DNA of 56,323 bases, taken from positions 1 through 56,323 of the forward strand of contig CAYTSP010000139.1 of NCBI GenBank assembly GCA_964440505.1, given 5' to 3'. Positions 47,856-56,323 of this stretch are shown piece by piece. The position numbers and the translations under genes are program-made. Position 1 is the stretch's first letter, and every line of letters begins with the position of its first letter. Source of the DNA: an uncultured Nitrospinaceae bacterium (GTDB lineage Bacteria > UBA8248). Under the pieces are notes generated by a model. It did not search any database and was not told the DNA's origin. It worked only from the letters and a program-made list of their open reading frames with translations.

Positions 47856-49460
47856 TCAGTCTCCGTTCCAGAAGCCGAGTTCAGAAAGGTTTCGAGAGAT
47901 CGCCGCGTCCAGCCTCGCGCCTTCCGACTGCTGTTCCCGAAGCTGTGCGACGAGACGCTTCATCTTCTCCTCGAACGGTTCGCCGTCTTCCTCTTGCGCC
48001 TCCGCGCCCACGTAGCGACCGGGCGTAAGTATGTGGCCATGCTTGCGGACTTCCTCTATCGTTGCACTCTTGCAGAAGCCTGGAACGTCGGTGTATTCAT
48101 CAGCGCCTTCACTTCTAAGCCAAGTATGGTAGGTATTGGCGATGCGGGCGATGTCTTCTTCGGTCAACTCACGGTGGGTGCGGTCCACCATGCGGCCTAG
48201 CTTGCGCGCGTCTATGAAGAGAATTTCGCCGCCTCTCTTCCGATCCCGCGCCAGATACCACAGGCAGGCGGGAATCTGTGTCGAGTAGAAGAGCTGCCCT
48301 GGCAGGGCGACCATGCAGTCCACGAGTTCCGCCTCGATCAGGTTCTTGCGAATCTCGCCCTCGCCCGACTGGTTGGAAGACATCGAGCCGTTCGCCAGCA
48401 CGAAACCCGCAGCGCCGCCCGGCGCCAGATGATGAACCATGTGCTGCACCCAGGCGAAGTTGGCGTTGCCCCTGGGCGGGACGCCGTATCGCCAACGCTT
48501 GTCCTCTCTAAGCCGCTCACCGCCCCAGTCGGAGACGTTGAAGGGGGGATTGGCGAGTATGAAATCCGCCTTGAGGTCAGGGTGGCGGTCGTTGTGGAAG
48601 CTGTCCCCATGAGCGATCTGTCCTTCGATGCCGCGAATGGCGAGGTTCATCTTCGCGAGCCGCCACGTCGTGTAGTTCGACTCTTGGCCGTAGATCGAGA
48701 TGTCGCCGCGCGCGTCTCCTCCATTGCCGTTGCCGCTGGTGTGCGCGTCGATGAACTCGACCGATTGCACGAACATGCCCGAGGAGCCGCAGCAAGGGTC
48801 GTAGACGCGGCCCCGGTAGGGCTCCAGCATCTCGACCAAAAGCCTGACGACGCAGCGCGGGGTGTAGAATTCCCCGCCCTTTTTTCCCTCGGCGCTCGCG
48901 AATTCCGACAGGAAATACTCGTAGACGCGGCCGAGAACGTCCTTTGAGCGGGTGTCTGCGTCGCCTATGCGGATATTGCTTATGAGATCGATAAGCTGGC
49001 CGAGACGTTCCTTGTCGAGCGCAGGGCGGGCGTAGTCCTTGGGCAGCACGTCCTTGACGGCGGGGTTCTCGCGCTCAATTGCCGCCATGGCACCATCAAC
49101 TGTCTGACCGATTGAGGGCTGCCGTGCCTGGGCTTTGATATTCGACCAGCGGGCTTCGCGCGGCACCCAGAAGACGTTCTCGGCGCGGTATTCGTCCGGA
49201 TCTTCCGGATCAGCTCCTTCTGCTCGCTCGGATTCCAGCTGGGCATGTCTCTCCTCGAAGGCGTCCGAGATGTATTTCAAAAAGATGAAGCCCAGGACAA
49301 CGTGCTTGTATTCGGCCGCATCCATCGAGCCGCGCAGGGTGTCGGCCATCTGCCAAAGCTCTCGCTCGTAGCCCGTTACGGCACCACTGCCAAGTTCCTG
49401 AGTTTTTTTCGATGTTTGTCGCGCCATGGTTTCCTTATCTCGGGTGGCGGGGATCATCAT
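47856..49460 (-). CDS. hsdM: type I R-M N6-adenine DNA methyltransferase subunit
   Basis: The HsdM N-terminal domain is [32 protein letters not shown]. The AdoMet motif is [11 protein letters not shown]-like ([12 protein letters not shown]). The catalytic motif is LANPPFN. The start may be MARQTS at 49427. Confidence 0.95.
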   Translation of the reverse strand: MMIPATRDKETMARQTSKKTQELGSGAVTGYERELWQMADTLRGSMDAAEYKHVVLGFIFLKYISDAFEERHAQLESERAEGADPEDPDEYRAENVFWVPREARWSNIKAQARQPSIGQTVDGAMAAIERENPAVKDVLPKDYARPALDKERLGQLIDLISNIRIGDADTRSKDVLGRVYEYFLSEFASAEGKKGGEFYTPRCVVRLLVEMLEPYRGRVYDPCCGSSGMFVQSVEFIDAHTSGNGNGGDARGDISIYGQESNYTTWRLAKMNLAIRGIEGQIAHGDSFHNDRHPDLKADFILANPPFNVSDWGGERLREDKRWRYGVPPRGNANFAWVQHMVHHLAPGGAAGFVLANGSMSSNQSGEGEIRKNLIEAELVDCMVALPGQLFYSTQIPACLWYLARDRKRGGEILFIDARKLGRMVDRTHRELTEEDIARIANTYHTWLRSEGADEYTDVPGFCKSATIEEVRKHGHILTPGRYVGAEAQEEDGEPFEEKMKRLVAQLREQQSEGARLDAAISRNLSELGFWNGD

Positions 49461-49559
49461 TAGTAAAGCAATTTACCGCAGGGCAGTTTACAAACAGGGA
49501 CGATGGTTGTCATCCGGGGAATTTGGTCATTCAACTTGAAATATAGTGTGGGGTGAAAT

Positions 49560-49890
49560 GATTATTGCTCAGGATGTGAAGTTTGCTCAGAATCATCCAG
49601 ACACCGTTTTTCTTGCCGATGATAACAATGCGCACCGAACAGTGTGACAGCTCTAGAAGATTTTTGACAAAAGTATTCAGAGGTCACGCGACCTCAAGTA
49701 TTTTGCCATCGACGATGATCTTTGTCATTCGGGGGGCAACAATGCCGTCATGTCCGGCGAAAACCTACCGCTGGTCGGGAAACTGCTCGGACATCGGCGG
49801 CACCAGACGAGGGCGGGTTACGTCCATCTCGCCGATGAGCATCTTGTCGAAGCGGCGGAAAAGGTTGGAAAAATCATTTTGGAAAATATG
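49560..49890 (+). pseudogene. decayed tyrosine recombinase (integrase) C-terminal region, copy A
   Basis: ...PDTVFLADDNNAHRTV*QL*KIFDKSIQRSRDLKYFAIDDDLCHSGGNNAVMSGENLPLVGKLLGHRRHQTRAGYVHLADEHLVEAAEKVG follows the integrase pattern (..VF......HDLRHSFAS.AVM.G..LP.IGKLLGH...T.T..YAHL.D..L..AAE.V). It has in-frame stops and lost catalytic residues (HDLRH has become DDLCH). Confidence 0.6.
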
Positions 49891-50017
49891 AAGAAATCGT
49901 CACCAATGGAAATATTCCAATTGACATTAGCAAAACAGAACGTGAAGAAAAGAAAAAGATTTGAGACATGTCGGCTTGCTGACAAACAGTTACAAAAGCA
50001 CGTTTTTTCCCAAAACT

Positions 50018-51745
50018 TCATTGCGACAAATGTTCGCCATCTCGGCGTGCAAGTAGCTGCCTATCTAGATTCTCGGTCGTCACCGGAAGATCATATCGCC
50101 ACTCGAGCAATTTTATACCATTCGCTTTAAGGATAGCCTTTTTCCGAGCGTCACGCGCCTGGGTGGCCAACAAGCCGTCTTGTCCGCCAAAGAGTTCCAC
50201 GGCTTGAAAATGCTGCTGACCTTGGTATTCGATGGCGATTTTCTCGGATGGCAGGTAAATATCGACAGATTGCAAACCTAAAAAGCTTGGCCGCCACTGA
50301 TGGATTGCGTCCGGGTAGCGGCTTCTCACCAGATCGTAAAGCACCAATTCTGAGACCCACCCCCTGCCTACTTCCGGTATACCTCTCACGCGACGGAAGG
50401 CGTTTTCCGCCGCGACCATCTGTGGAGCGAATGCGTTTTGCAATGTTGACAGAGAAAAACTGCCCAAGTCTGGATGCCAAACAAAAATACGGCCGCGTGG
50501 AGCAACCGGATGTCCATATAGATCAAGTGCCTTATAGTAATGTCGACGGGTGGCTGGCCAGTCAGAACTATGTGGAGTATTCCGAACAAACATGTTTGGA
50601 TCGCTTTCGTAGATCCAATTACGGTCCTCGAACCCAGGAAACCTACTCGTCAAGGGACCTGCTTCCGCCAGTTCACGATCAAGTTCCGAGATAAAGTCAT
50701 CGAATTCCTCCTCCAAGCGAGACTGGATCGGTGATCTCACTACATGCCGACGTGCCAAGTAGCGGACATCTTCTCCGCGCAGTATTGTGCCGGTCAGAAA
50801 GCGTAGATATATCACCTCATCAAAAAGAGCCTCGCGCTCGGTTCCAGGGATCGTTTCGAGCAATTCGACAGCATCGAGAAGACGATCTTCTTGGGTTCTT
50901 TGCAGAATCGCCTGAAAGCGGGGGTCCGGATCCCAAGGCAGGCTTTCGGGAATAGGAGGTCCATCTTGCGGCAATTTGATCGATGACGAAAGCTGCCCAC
51001 GCCGTAAAGGCCAATGGTAGAGGCGTGCGCGAAAATTATCATCTGCGATGCGCCGCCATGGTGATGCGACATTATCGAATTCACGGTCTTTCATGAAACT
51101 TCCGTCCTGCTTAATCCAACCTGTGAAGCTTCCCGATTTCAGGGGAACGCCTAATCCCTCTGAGCCGGTGGACTCAACCAAACGCTCGAAAAACTGCACT
51201 CGGGCAGACGAAACACCTACTGATAAAAGAACATCGCCATTCGGTGCGGTTTGGCGATGGACAGCATCTGCATACTTGGCTAGCGCGGCGGAACGTTCTC
51301 GTTTCAAAGATCCGCAGGCGAGGAAATGAATTCGATTCGCGAGGACGGCGGAGAAATCTGGATAAGCGAGGGGGGTAGTCGGAGCATTAGGTTTTTTTCG
51401 GCTTTTTGGAGGTGCCTCAGGACCATAAGCATCGAGCTGATGTGCTAAGAGAGCCGAAAGCGCTTCGTAAAACGCGCGCGACTTGCCAGCTTCTGGGCGC
51501 TTATTAGCCAATGTGGCGTAGAACTTCGCCTTTGACCGAAGCTCCTTGCGGTAGAATTCTCGAGCATATCGGTTTCTTAGGCTGTACTCAAAAAAATCAA
51601 GCTGCTCTTTGAAACCATCAAGTGCCATTAAACCGGCTTTGACCTTAGGTGGTTTAGGAAATATTTGGAACCTCATGTTGACATTTAGCGCAATAAAGAT
51701 GTCCTTCTCGCCAGCTACCAAGCGCGTCTTCGAGTACCGGCGCAT
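50018..51745 (-). CDS. 575-aa protein, unknown N-terminal ~440 aa plus a C-terminal Vsr-like PD-(D/E)xK nuclease domain
   Basis: The C-terminus is WVSELVLYDLVRSRYPDAIHQWRPSFLGLQSVDIYLPSEKIAIEYQGQQHFQAVELFGGQDGLLATQARDARKKAILKANGIKLLEWRY. It fits the E...D-(hh)-LP...IEY-G-QH...FGG...RD..K...(LIRI)-Y pattern of small Vsr/homing-type endonucleases. The start is ambiguous (51745, or internal MRFQIF / MALDGF). Confidence 0.7.
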   Translation of the reverse strand: MRRYSKTRLVAGEKDIFIALNVNMRFQIFPKPPKVKAGLMALDGFKEQLDFFEYSLRNRYAREFYRKELRSKAKFYATLANKRPEAGKSRAFYEALSALLAHQLDAYGPEAPPKSRKKPNAPTTPLAYPDFSAVLANRIHFLACGSLKRERSAALAKYADAVHRQTAPNGDVLLSVGVSSARVQFFERLVESTGSEGLGVPLKSGSFTGWIKQDGSFMKDREFDNVASPWRRIADDNFRARLYHWPLRRGQLSSSIKLPQDGPPIPESLPWDPDPRFQAILQRTQEDRLLDAVELLETIPGTEREALFDEVIYLRFLTGTILRGEDVRYLARRHVVRSPIQSRLEEEFDDFISELDRELAEAGPLTSRFPGFEDRNWIYESDPNMFVRNTPHSSDWPATRRHYYKALDLYGHPVAPRGRIFVWHPDLGSFSLSTLQNAFAPQMVAAENAFRRVRGIPEVGRGWVSELVLYDLVRSRYPDAIHQWRPSFLGLQSVDIYLPSEKIAIEYQGQQHFQAVELFGGQDGLLATQARDARKKAILKANGIKLLEWRYDLPVTTENLDRQLLARRDGEHLSQ

Positions 51746-52039
51746 TCGCAGAAGCGAACAAGCGTACTATGTCGACGAGATATGCCAAGCATCTATCCGA
51801 GTCATTCAAACAATACTTGACAATTATCCGGACAACCGCAACTTTGTTTTCTGACGTGAGATGCTTACAGGCGACGCTAGACGGATGTCTGTATTGAGGT
51901 TGATCGTGGCCAACTCTTACTAACACTTTAATTATCAATATAAATGTATAGCCGGTACAGGCGGTTGCTACGTTCAACTTGTTCATGTGTGGATAATCTA
52001 GATGCGGCAAAATCTTTATGAACTTTCAACATCCCGCAG

Positions 52040-52440
52040 GCGAACCCTTCCACATTCTTTTGTAAGCAAGGACTAGGCGCTCGGCGAAGTGCTTCCCATG
52101 ATCGTAGGCTTCTCCTATACTCAGGTGCATACGACCGGGCCGCTACACCCACTCGGTTCGCATGAGCGTGAAGGCGTCAGCTGCTCGCATCAGCGTTAGT
52201 ATCGACCACGATTTCGATATGACTGCCTAGCCAACCCATTTTCTGTTTTCTCGAACACTATCTCAGACATAATATGTCCAGCTATGCTGTCATGTCCGGC
52301 GAGGTCCTTCCGCCGGTGGGAAGCTACTTAGACACAAGCGACACAAGCGGCACCGGACCACAGCGGGATATGCGCATCTCGCTAACGACCATCTCGTCGA
52401 GGCGGCGGAGAGGGTTAAATATCTTTGCCGGAGTCATGCA
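52040..52440 (+). pseudogene. decayed tyrosine recombinase, copy B (multiple stops and frameshifts)
   Basis: The 3' part (52286-52440) aligns with copy A: AVMSGEVLPPV / GKLLRHKRHKRHRTTAGYAHLANDHLVEAAERV. It has a frameshift and a 9-bp duplication (acacaagcg x2). Upstream frames show ILL*ARTRRSAKCF (compare LLLLTGARRSEVL) interrupted by stops. Confidence 0.5.
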
Positions 52441-52516
52441 GATTGAATCCTCAGTGATTCGCAAAATTGGTGGATGAGAATTAGCTGCTGTTCACGAGAA
52501 ACATCAGGTCAGACTT

Positions 52517-53587
52517 CTATGAAGGAATAGCTCGTTTATTCTCCGATTTCACCAGGAATTTCTTATGCAGATTCTTGTATACTTCCGGCTGCCGAAAGCG
52601 CTGGCCATCATTCGTCGACTGAAACAGCGCCTCCATCTGCTCGACTGATTTCATCTCTGGAATCTCGGGGCTACCCTGATAACTCTGCTCAATATGGTTA
52701 TTAACGACTTTGTCGACAATGTATTGACTTCTCTGGATCCAGCGCCGACGAAAATCCGGATGCCATGTCCACTGCTGGCTTGAAAGGCCAATTACGCCCT
52801 TGACCAGGCGGGCGAAAAATCTAATGCCCGCAACTACATAGGGACGACCATATTCGTGATCACGCGCACTGTAGTGCGCCCAGCGCATGTTCCTGCGCTG
52901 ACCCCCGATAACAGCTAAGTAGTAGACGGCGTCTGCTTTTTTCAAAAACTCGCTGAAGGTCCGGAATGGAAGTTGCTCAAATTGAGATATTTCATTCGTA
53001 CCCGACGAAAGAGAACGACCCCAGTCGGCATGATCAAGTGTCATTTCCGCTCCATCAATCACGCTGCGCTTATTGGCCACGGCAAACGGCTGCTCATCTT
53101 CCAGCAGGTACGAGCTGTGCAATTCGTCGTCGAAGTACAAATCAGTGACACCACGGTGTAGGGTTTCCTGATAAATGTCTTCAAAAGCGCCACTCATATT
53201 TCGACCAGTGAACTCGCACCTAATTCGGTTATATAGCTGCGAAAGGTTGTGGGATTCTCGATCCTTTTTTAGTTTATTCTTGTCAATGCCTGGATAATCC
53301 CGTCCCATGATGCGATCAGTTCCGCACGCATACACAATTTGCATTGCAAGCTCAAGGGCACGGCCAGCATGAAATGTCATCTGCGCCTGGCATTCGCGCA
53401 TTTGGGCGTCCAGACGAACCTTGCCATCCGCTGTATCGGAATAAACCGTTCTACCGACACCATGCAACAATACATCGAGTTTGGCATTCTGCCAGAACAT
53501 CTGTTCAAGTTCGGCATGGACACTCTCTGTCATTCCGTAGACTTGATCCCAACCCGCGAGGCCCACTGGAGTCTCGAACAAATGCAT
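52517..53587 (-). CDS. 356-aa hypothetical protein
   Basis: It is a long ORF of clean composition starting 20 nt after the preceding gene. I recognise no confident motif. FHAGRALELAMQIVY ... KDRESHNLSQLY is only vaguely HEPN-like (R-x2-H, not Rx4-6H). Confidence 0.65.
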   Translation of the reverse strand: MHLFETPVGLAGWDQVYGMTESVHAELEQMFWQNAKLDVLLHGVGRTVYSDTADGKVRLDAQMRECQAQMTFHAGRALELAMQIVYACGTDRIMGRDYPGIDKNKLKKDRESHNLSQLYNRIRCEFTGRNMSGAFEDIYQETLHRGVTDLYFDDELHSSYLLEDEQPFAVANKRSVIDGAEMTLDHADWGRSLSSGTNEISQFEQLPFRTFSEFLKKADAVYYLAVIGGQRRNMRWAHYSARDHEYGRPYVVAGIRFFARLVKGVIGLSSQQWTWHPDFRRRWIQRSQYIVDKVVNNHIEQSYQGSPEIPEMKSVEQMEALFQSTNDGQRFRQPEVYKNLHKKFLVKSENKRAIPS

Positions 53588-53607
53588 GTCCTCAGATTCC
53601 TTCGTTG

Positions 53608-53838
53608 CTATTTTGAATTTATGGGAGGCGGATCAACCCCCTCACCACTCAGTTTATGTTTGACATCCGAGGCGACAACGTGTCGCGCGGGATAGCGAAC
53701 ATACTCTCGCCCGGATTTTTCTTGCATCGCCCGAATATCCTGGAAGATTGCCGCCATGTCGTAATTGAAACGGGCTGCGTGCGCTTCGCGCACGGCCCTC
53801 ACTTCGTAGATAATTGGATCAATCGGAGTCTTCGGCAT
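53608..53838 (-). CDS. 76-aa partner protein of the PIN gene (putative antitoxin, reversed gene order)
   Basis: MPKTPIDPIIYEVRAVREAHAARFNYDMAAIFQDIRAMQEKSGREYV... overlaps the PIN gene stop by 20 nt. I recall the DPII-E-(I/V)R..R pattern as a recurrent small partner of this PIN subfamily. Confidence 0.6.
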   Translation of the reverse strand: MPKTPIDPIIYEVRAVREAHAARFNYDMAAIFQDIRAMQEKSGREYVRYPARHVVASDVKHKLSGEGVDPPPINSK

Positions 53839-54313
53839 TATTCACCTCCAAGAGTTCGTTTGGTGTGCATATTACCGGGGGCTCATAGCCTGCTTCCCGG
53901 CATGCATGTTCGATTTGGAAACGTATCGCAGCATTGGCAATATGCCGAAAATTCCAAGTCACCAAGAAATTGACGCCGTTCGTCACGGCGATTGCAATGT
54001 GCGCCGCATCATCAACGGCCCGGCGTGGAATCGCGCCAAGTTCGACAAGCGTTTGCGCGAAATTCTCTGCGTCCGGAGTCGCATCAAGCAGTGAGACTGC
54101 TTCGAGAGCACTTAGCCGGATCTGCGCAATCTCAGGATCTCCCGCTCCGGCTTCTGCAAAGACAAGCTCCGACGCAACGAGCTCGAATCTGTTTGGCGCA
54201 TTGCTCCACCATTCGCGTGTGATCTCTTGGTGCGCAGCGATAACCAAATCCCTCGACGGTCTTGCCGTCAGATAGCTGACAATCGAAGTTTCGATGTATG
54301 CGGTTGGCATCAT
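53819..54313 (-). CDS. PIN-domain protein (VapC-like toxin family)
   Basis: AYIETSIVSYLTARPSRDLV... ; ...AVDDAAHIAIAVTNGVNFLVTWNFRHIAN ; ...GYEPPVICTPNELLE. The acidic residues are in PIN-like positions, and I recognise the conserved subfamily architecture. Confidence 0.75.
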   Translation of the reverse strand: MMPTAYIETSIVSYLTARPSRDLVIAAHQEITREWWSNAPNRFELVASELVFAEAGAGDPEIAQIRLSALEAVSLLDATPDAENFAQTLVELGAIPRRAVDDAAHIAIAVTNGVNFLVTWNFRHIANAAIRFQIEHACREAGYEPPVICTPNELLEVNNAEDSD

Positions 54314-54417
54314 GGGATGGTGTCACGCTCCAATAGACCATACAAAGATTTGTGATTATCCACTTAACAAATTGGGATCAATATCTTGCGAGCAGAGGCA
54401 ACCACCATATGTTGGGG

Positions 54418-54630
54418 TTATTCGATAGGCAACCCGGACTGAGAGAAACCCGAAGCCGTGAGTTCGGCGGAGAGCCGAACTGGCTTGGGTTTTTGTCTTT
54501 CTCTCCATTTCGCCAACCAATACCCGATGGCGATGTGCGCATTCATCCTAATCAAATCCTTCGCGTCGGTTGCTACTTCACTAATACCCCAGTTCACCCA
54601 ATCAAAACCTTCACACTTTGTTTCCTGCAT
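54418..54630 (-). CDS. 70-aa hypothetical protein with a strong RBS
   Basis: ggaggagg lies 8 nt upstream of the ATG at 54630. I recognise no family. It sits upstream of, and on the same strand as, the PIN pair. Confidence 0.4.
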   Translation of the reverse strand: MQETKCEGFDWVNWGISEVATDAKDLIRMNAHIAIGYWLAKWRERQKPKPVRLSAELTASGFSQSGLPIE

Positions 54631-54778
54631 TGTCTATTTCCTCCTCCAAGGATGGTCGGTGGCGGAAAGCTACGTCTGGGGTTGCGCCCCTAAGCGTGGC
54701 GCTATATCTTGCGTTTCATTCTATTCTTCTTCCTTATTGGTATTTTGAGCAGCCCCGTAACCCCCGCAAAAACCAAGG

Positions 54779-54830
54779 TACAAGATGTAGTGGTCTCCAG
54801 TCAAAGGGCTGGGAACCACAACATCTTGTG
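54779..54830. promoter_or_regulatory. 52-nt long imperfect palindrome upstream of the 70-aa/PIN gene set
   Basis: tacaagatgtagtggtctccag-tcaaaggg-ctgggaaccacaacatcttgtg. Roughly 20 of ~22 stem positions pair. It lies 150-200 nt upstream of the ATG at 54630. Confidence 0.4.
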
Positions 54831-55546
54831 GGTGCTTCGTCAAGTGGATAATCATGTTTCAATTTGTTTCCAGCATTCTTAGTCTACTCGAATAGACTTG
54901 TTGATGGTCTTTCCCATGCTTTTTCCTCATTTCGTGCTGTGAAAGGGTCATTCAGGAGAAACGTTTCTACCTCCTGACGGAACCTTTCGGAAGCCGAAAC
55001 ATGAGCTACGCACCGGTTTTCTGGACCGGTTTGTGCCGATCGATCATGACCCTGCGCATCCGTGTCTAGCGTCGTTTTTGCGACGCCGGTCGGGACGAAT
55101 CATATCCGCGCGCACGCCAGTCAGAAACCAAAATGGTATCTGCAGGAAATCCCCCGTGCTACGCCGTATGACAAATAGCATACGTCGTTTTTAAGTGCAG
55201 GAATTTCAAAGGGTTATCGCGCCACCGGATTGGTATTGCTTTTCCCGACATACAGGAGGCGGGATTCGGCGTCGTTTGAGTAAGACGCTGCACGACAGGC
55301 GCACGCTTGGCTTGTACCTGCAGCGGGCTGCGTTCCGGTGTAGAACCCGAAGCGCCTAAGGGCGGCAGGCGCAGTGATCTTGGAGAACGCGAGTCGGGGG
55401 GAATCTTGCCGGCGAGAATGGCGAACGGGAGCCGCCGCGGCGACTGAGCGGGAAGAAGCGAGTGGAGCGATGCGGGGAGGAGTGGACGGAGGCGTGAAGA
55501 TGGGCCGCGCCGCCGGGGTGGCGACGCGACCCGTAGAGCGTTCACG

Positions 55547-56323
55547 TCAGGCGGCGATTTTCTGGACGGGAATGCCGAGGCTTCGGGCCTTGTCGACGAG
55601 GTTGTCCGTGATGCCCGAGCCGGGGAACGCGACCACGCCCTTGGGGAGGAGGCTTAAGAGCTCGTCATTGCGCCGGAACGGAGCCGCCCGTCCGTGCGCG
55701 TCCCAGTCGGGCTTGCATACGATCTGGTGGACGCCGTTCCGCTCGGCCCATCCCGCCGCTATTTTCTCGGCGCCCGGGCCGCCGCCGTGGACGAGAACGA
55801 CGTCGGCGTACTTGGCCTTGACCTTGTCGAGGTGCGCGATGATTTTGCCCGCGTCGGTCGACTCCTTTCCGCCCGCGACGGCGACGAGGGTTCCCTGGGG
55901 GAGGTGGGTTGTGTTCTCGCGGTCCTTTCTGGCGCGCTGGAAGTCGCGCGCCTCGATGACGGCGGAGGTCAGCTTGCCGGTCTGCGAGACGTGTGATCCT
56001 CGCCTCGGCCTCCATACCTCGCCGGTCTCGACGCGGTAGGCCTCGGCAGCCGTGTCGCGCAGCCCTTCGAAAGCGTCGCGGCGGGCGGAGAGGTTTTGCG
56101 CCCTGTCGGTCGCGAGTTCGAGTTCGCGGGATCTGATCTCCGATCCGTCCTGCTCGCGCTGCAGGTCGCGGATGCCGGGGATGAGTTTGTCGGCGGCGCG
56201 GTCGAGGCGCTGTGTCTGCGCGTCCAGGGTGTTGACGAAGCCCCACAGGAGGTTTCTTCGCTCATCCGCAAGCTGTGTGCCGTCGGGCGCTGCCTCGGCG
56301 AGCAGGTGGACGGCCTTGAGGAC
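55547..56323 (-). CDS. DUF2493 / SLOG-type domain protein, C-terminal 258 codons (gene runs off the right edge)
   Basis: Absent from the ORF track. The reverse-strand frame is open from 56323 to the TGA at 55549-55547. It reads ...TLVAVAGGKESTDAGKIIAHLDKVKAKYADVVLVHGGGPGAEKIAAGWAERNGVHQIVCKPDWDAHGRAAPFRRNDELLSLLPKGVVAFPGSGITDNLVDKARSLGIPVQKIAA*. This matches the recalled DUF2493 pattern (HGG..GA...A..WA...G......PDW..HGR.APF.RN...L.....V.AFPG.GIT.NL) common on conjugative elements. Confidence 0.7.
   Translation of the reverse strand, partial: VLKAVHLLAEAAPDGTQLADERRNLLWGFVNTLDAQTQRLDRAADKLIPGIRDLQREQDGSEIRSRELELATDRAQNLSARRDAFEGLRDTAAEAYRVETGEVWRPRRGSHVSQTGKLTSAVIEARDFQRARKDRENTTHLPQGTLVAVAGGKESTDAGKIIAHLDKVKAKYADVVLVHGGGPGAEKIAAGWAERNGVHQIVCKPDWDAHGRAAPFRRNDELLSLLPKGVVAFPGSGITDNLVDKARSLGIPVQKIAA

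Noticed and set aside
52517-53587. Calling the 356-aa protein a HEPN RNase from FHAGRALELAMQIVY...KDRESHNLSQLY
   Set aside because: The Arg-His spacing is R-x2-H rather than Rx4-6H, and the rest of the protein gives no supporting pattern. It was left as hypothetical.
55159-56271. Track ORFs 55159..55545 -, 55374..56039 +, 55665..56246 - and 55969..56271 -
   Set aside because: They give Arg/Pro-rich shadow translations. The third minus frame, absent from the track, gives a clean DUF2493-type protein, so that frame was annotated instead.

Overview
This is a 56.3-kb bacterial window, probably from a metagenome-type genome; the taxon cannot be determined here. All calls come from reading the translations and the DNA by eye. 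No BLAST or HMM search was run, so family names are motif-level assignments.

**Layout**
1. **1-25 kb, ordinary chromosome, mostly minus strand.** It carries two Cys-polyGly lipoproteins, mrcA (PBP1A), ftsY, smc, the block rnc-fabF-acpP-fabD-fabH-plsX-rpmF-yceD, a Ppx/GppA phosphatase, a gamma-carbonic-anhydrase-like protein and an M23 peptidase. This stretch is interrupted by an IS256 transposase stub, REP-like interspersed repeats, a pyruvate-carboxylase stub and a very GC-rich 1100-aa autotransporter. The autotransporter has a metazoan-type SRCR domain and a Calx-beta domain.
2. **25.3-32.0 kb, phage-derived module.** Eight tightly coupled plus-strand genes are intact and include a gpJ-like tail-tip protein and a tape-measure-like protein. 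There are no head, portal, terminase, tube or integrase genes. An identical 12-mer and 10-bp-periodic CCGCAWWT repeats flank the module.
3. **32.7-35.2 kb, IS debris.** It holds a frameshifted IS110 copy, a truncated tandem second copy and an IS3 stub.
4. **35.5-49.5 kb, defence-type island.** It starts with a 951-aa polytopic membrane protein carrying a ~47-aa-repeat beta-propeller. Next is a type I R-M operon with three extra genes: hsdM, hepT, an in-frame mntA::hsdS fusion, a 638-aa unknown gene in the prrC-like slot, hsdR, and a 471-aa protein with a C-terminal HEPN motif that overlaps the hsdR stop.
5. **49.5-56.3 kb, decayed cassettes.** Two decayed tyrosine-recombinase pseudogenes in direct orientation bracket a 575-aa protein with a Vsr-like nuclease C-terminus. 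A 356-aa unknown gene, a reversed PIN/small-protein pair, a long imperfect palindrome and a partial DUF2493/SLOG-type gene at the right edge follow.

I found no rRNA, tRNA or CRISPR array. Many long ORFs in the track are antisense shadows of GC-rich genes.
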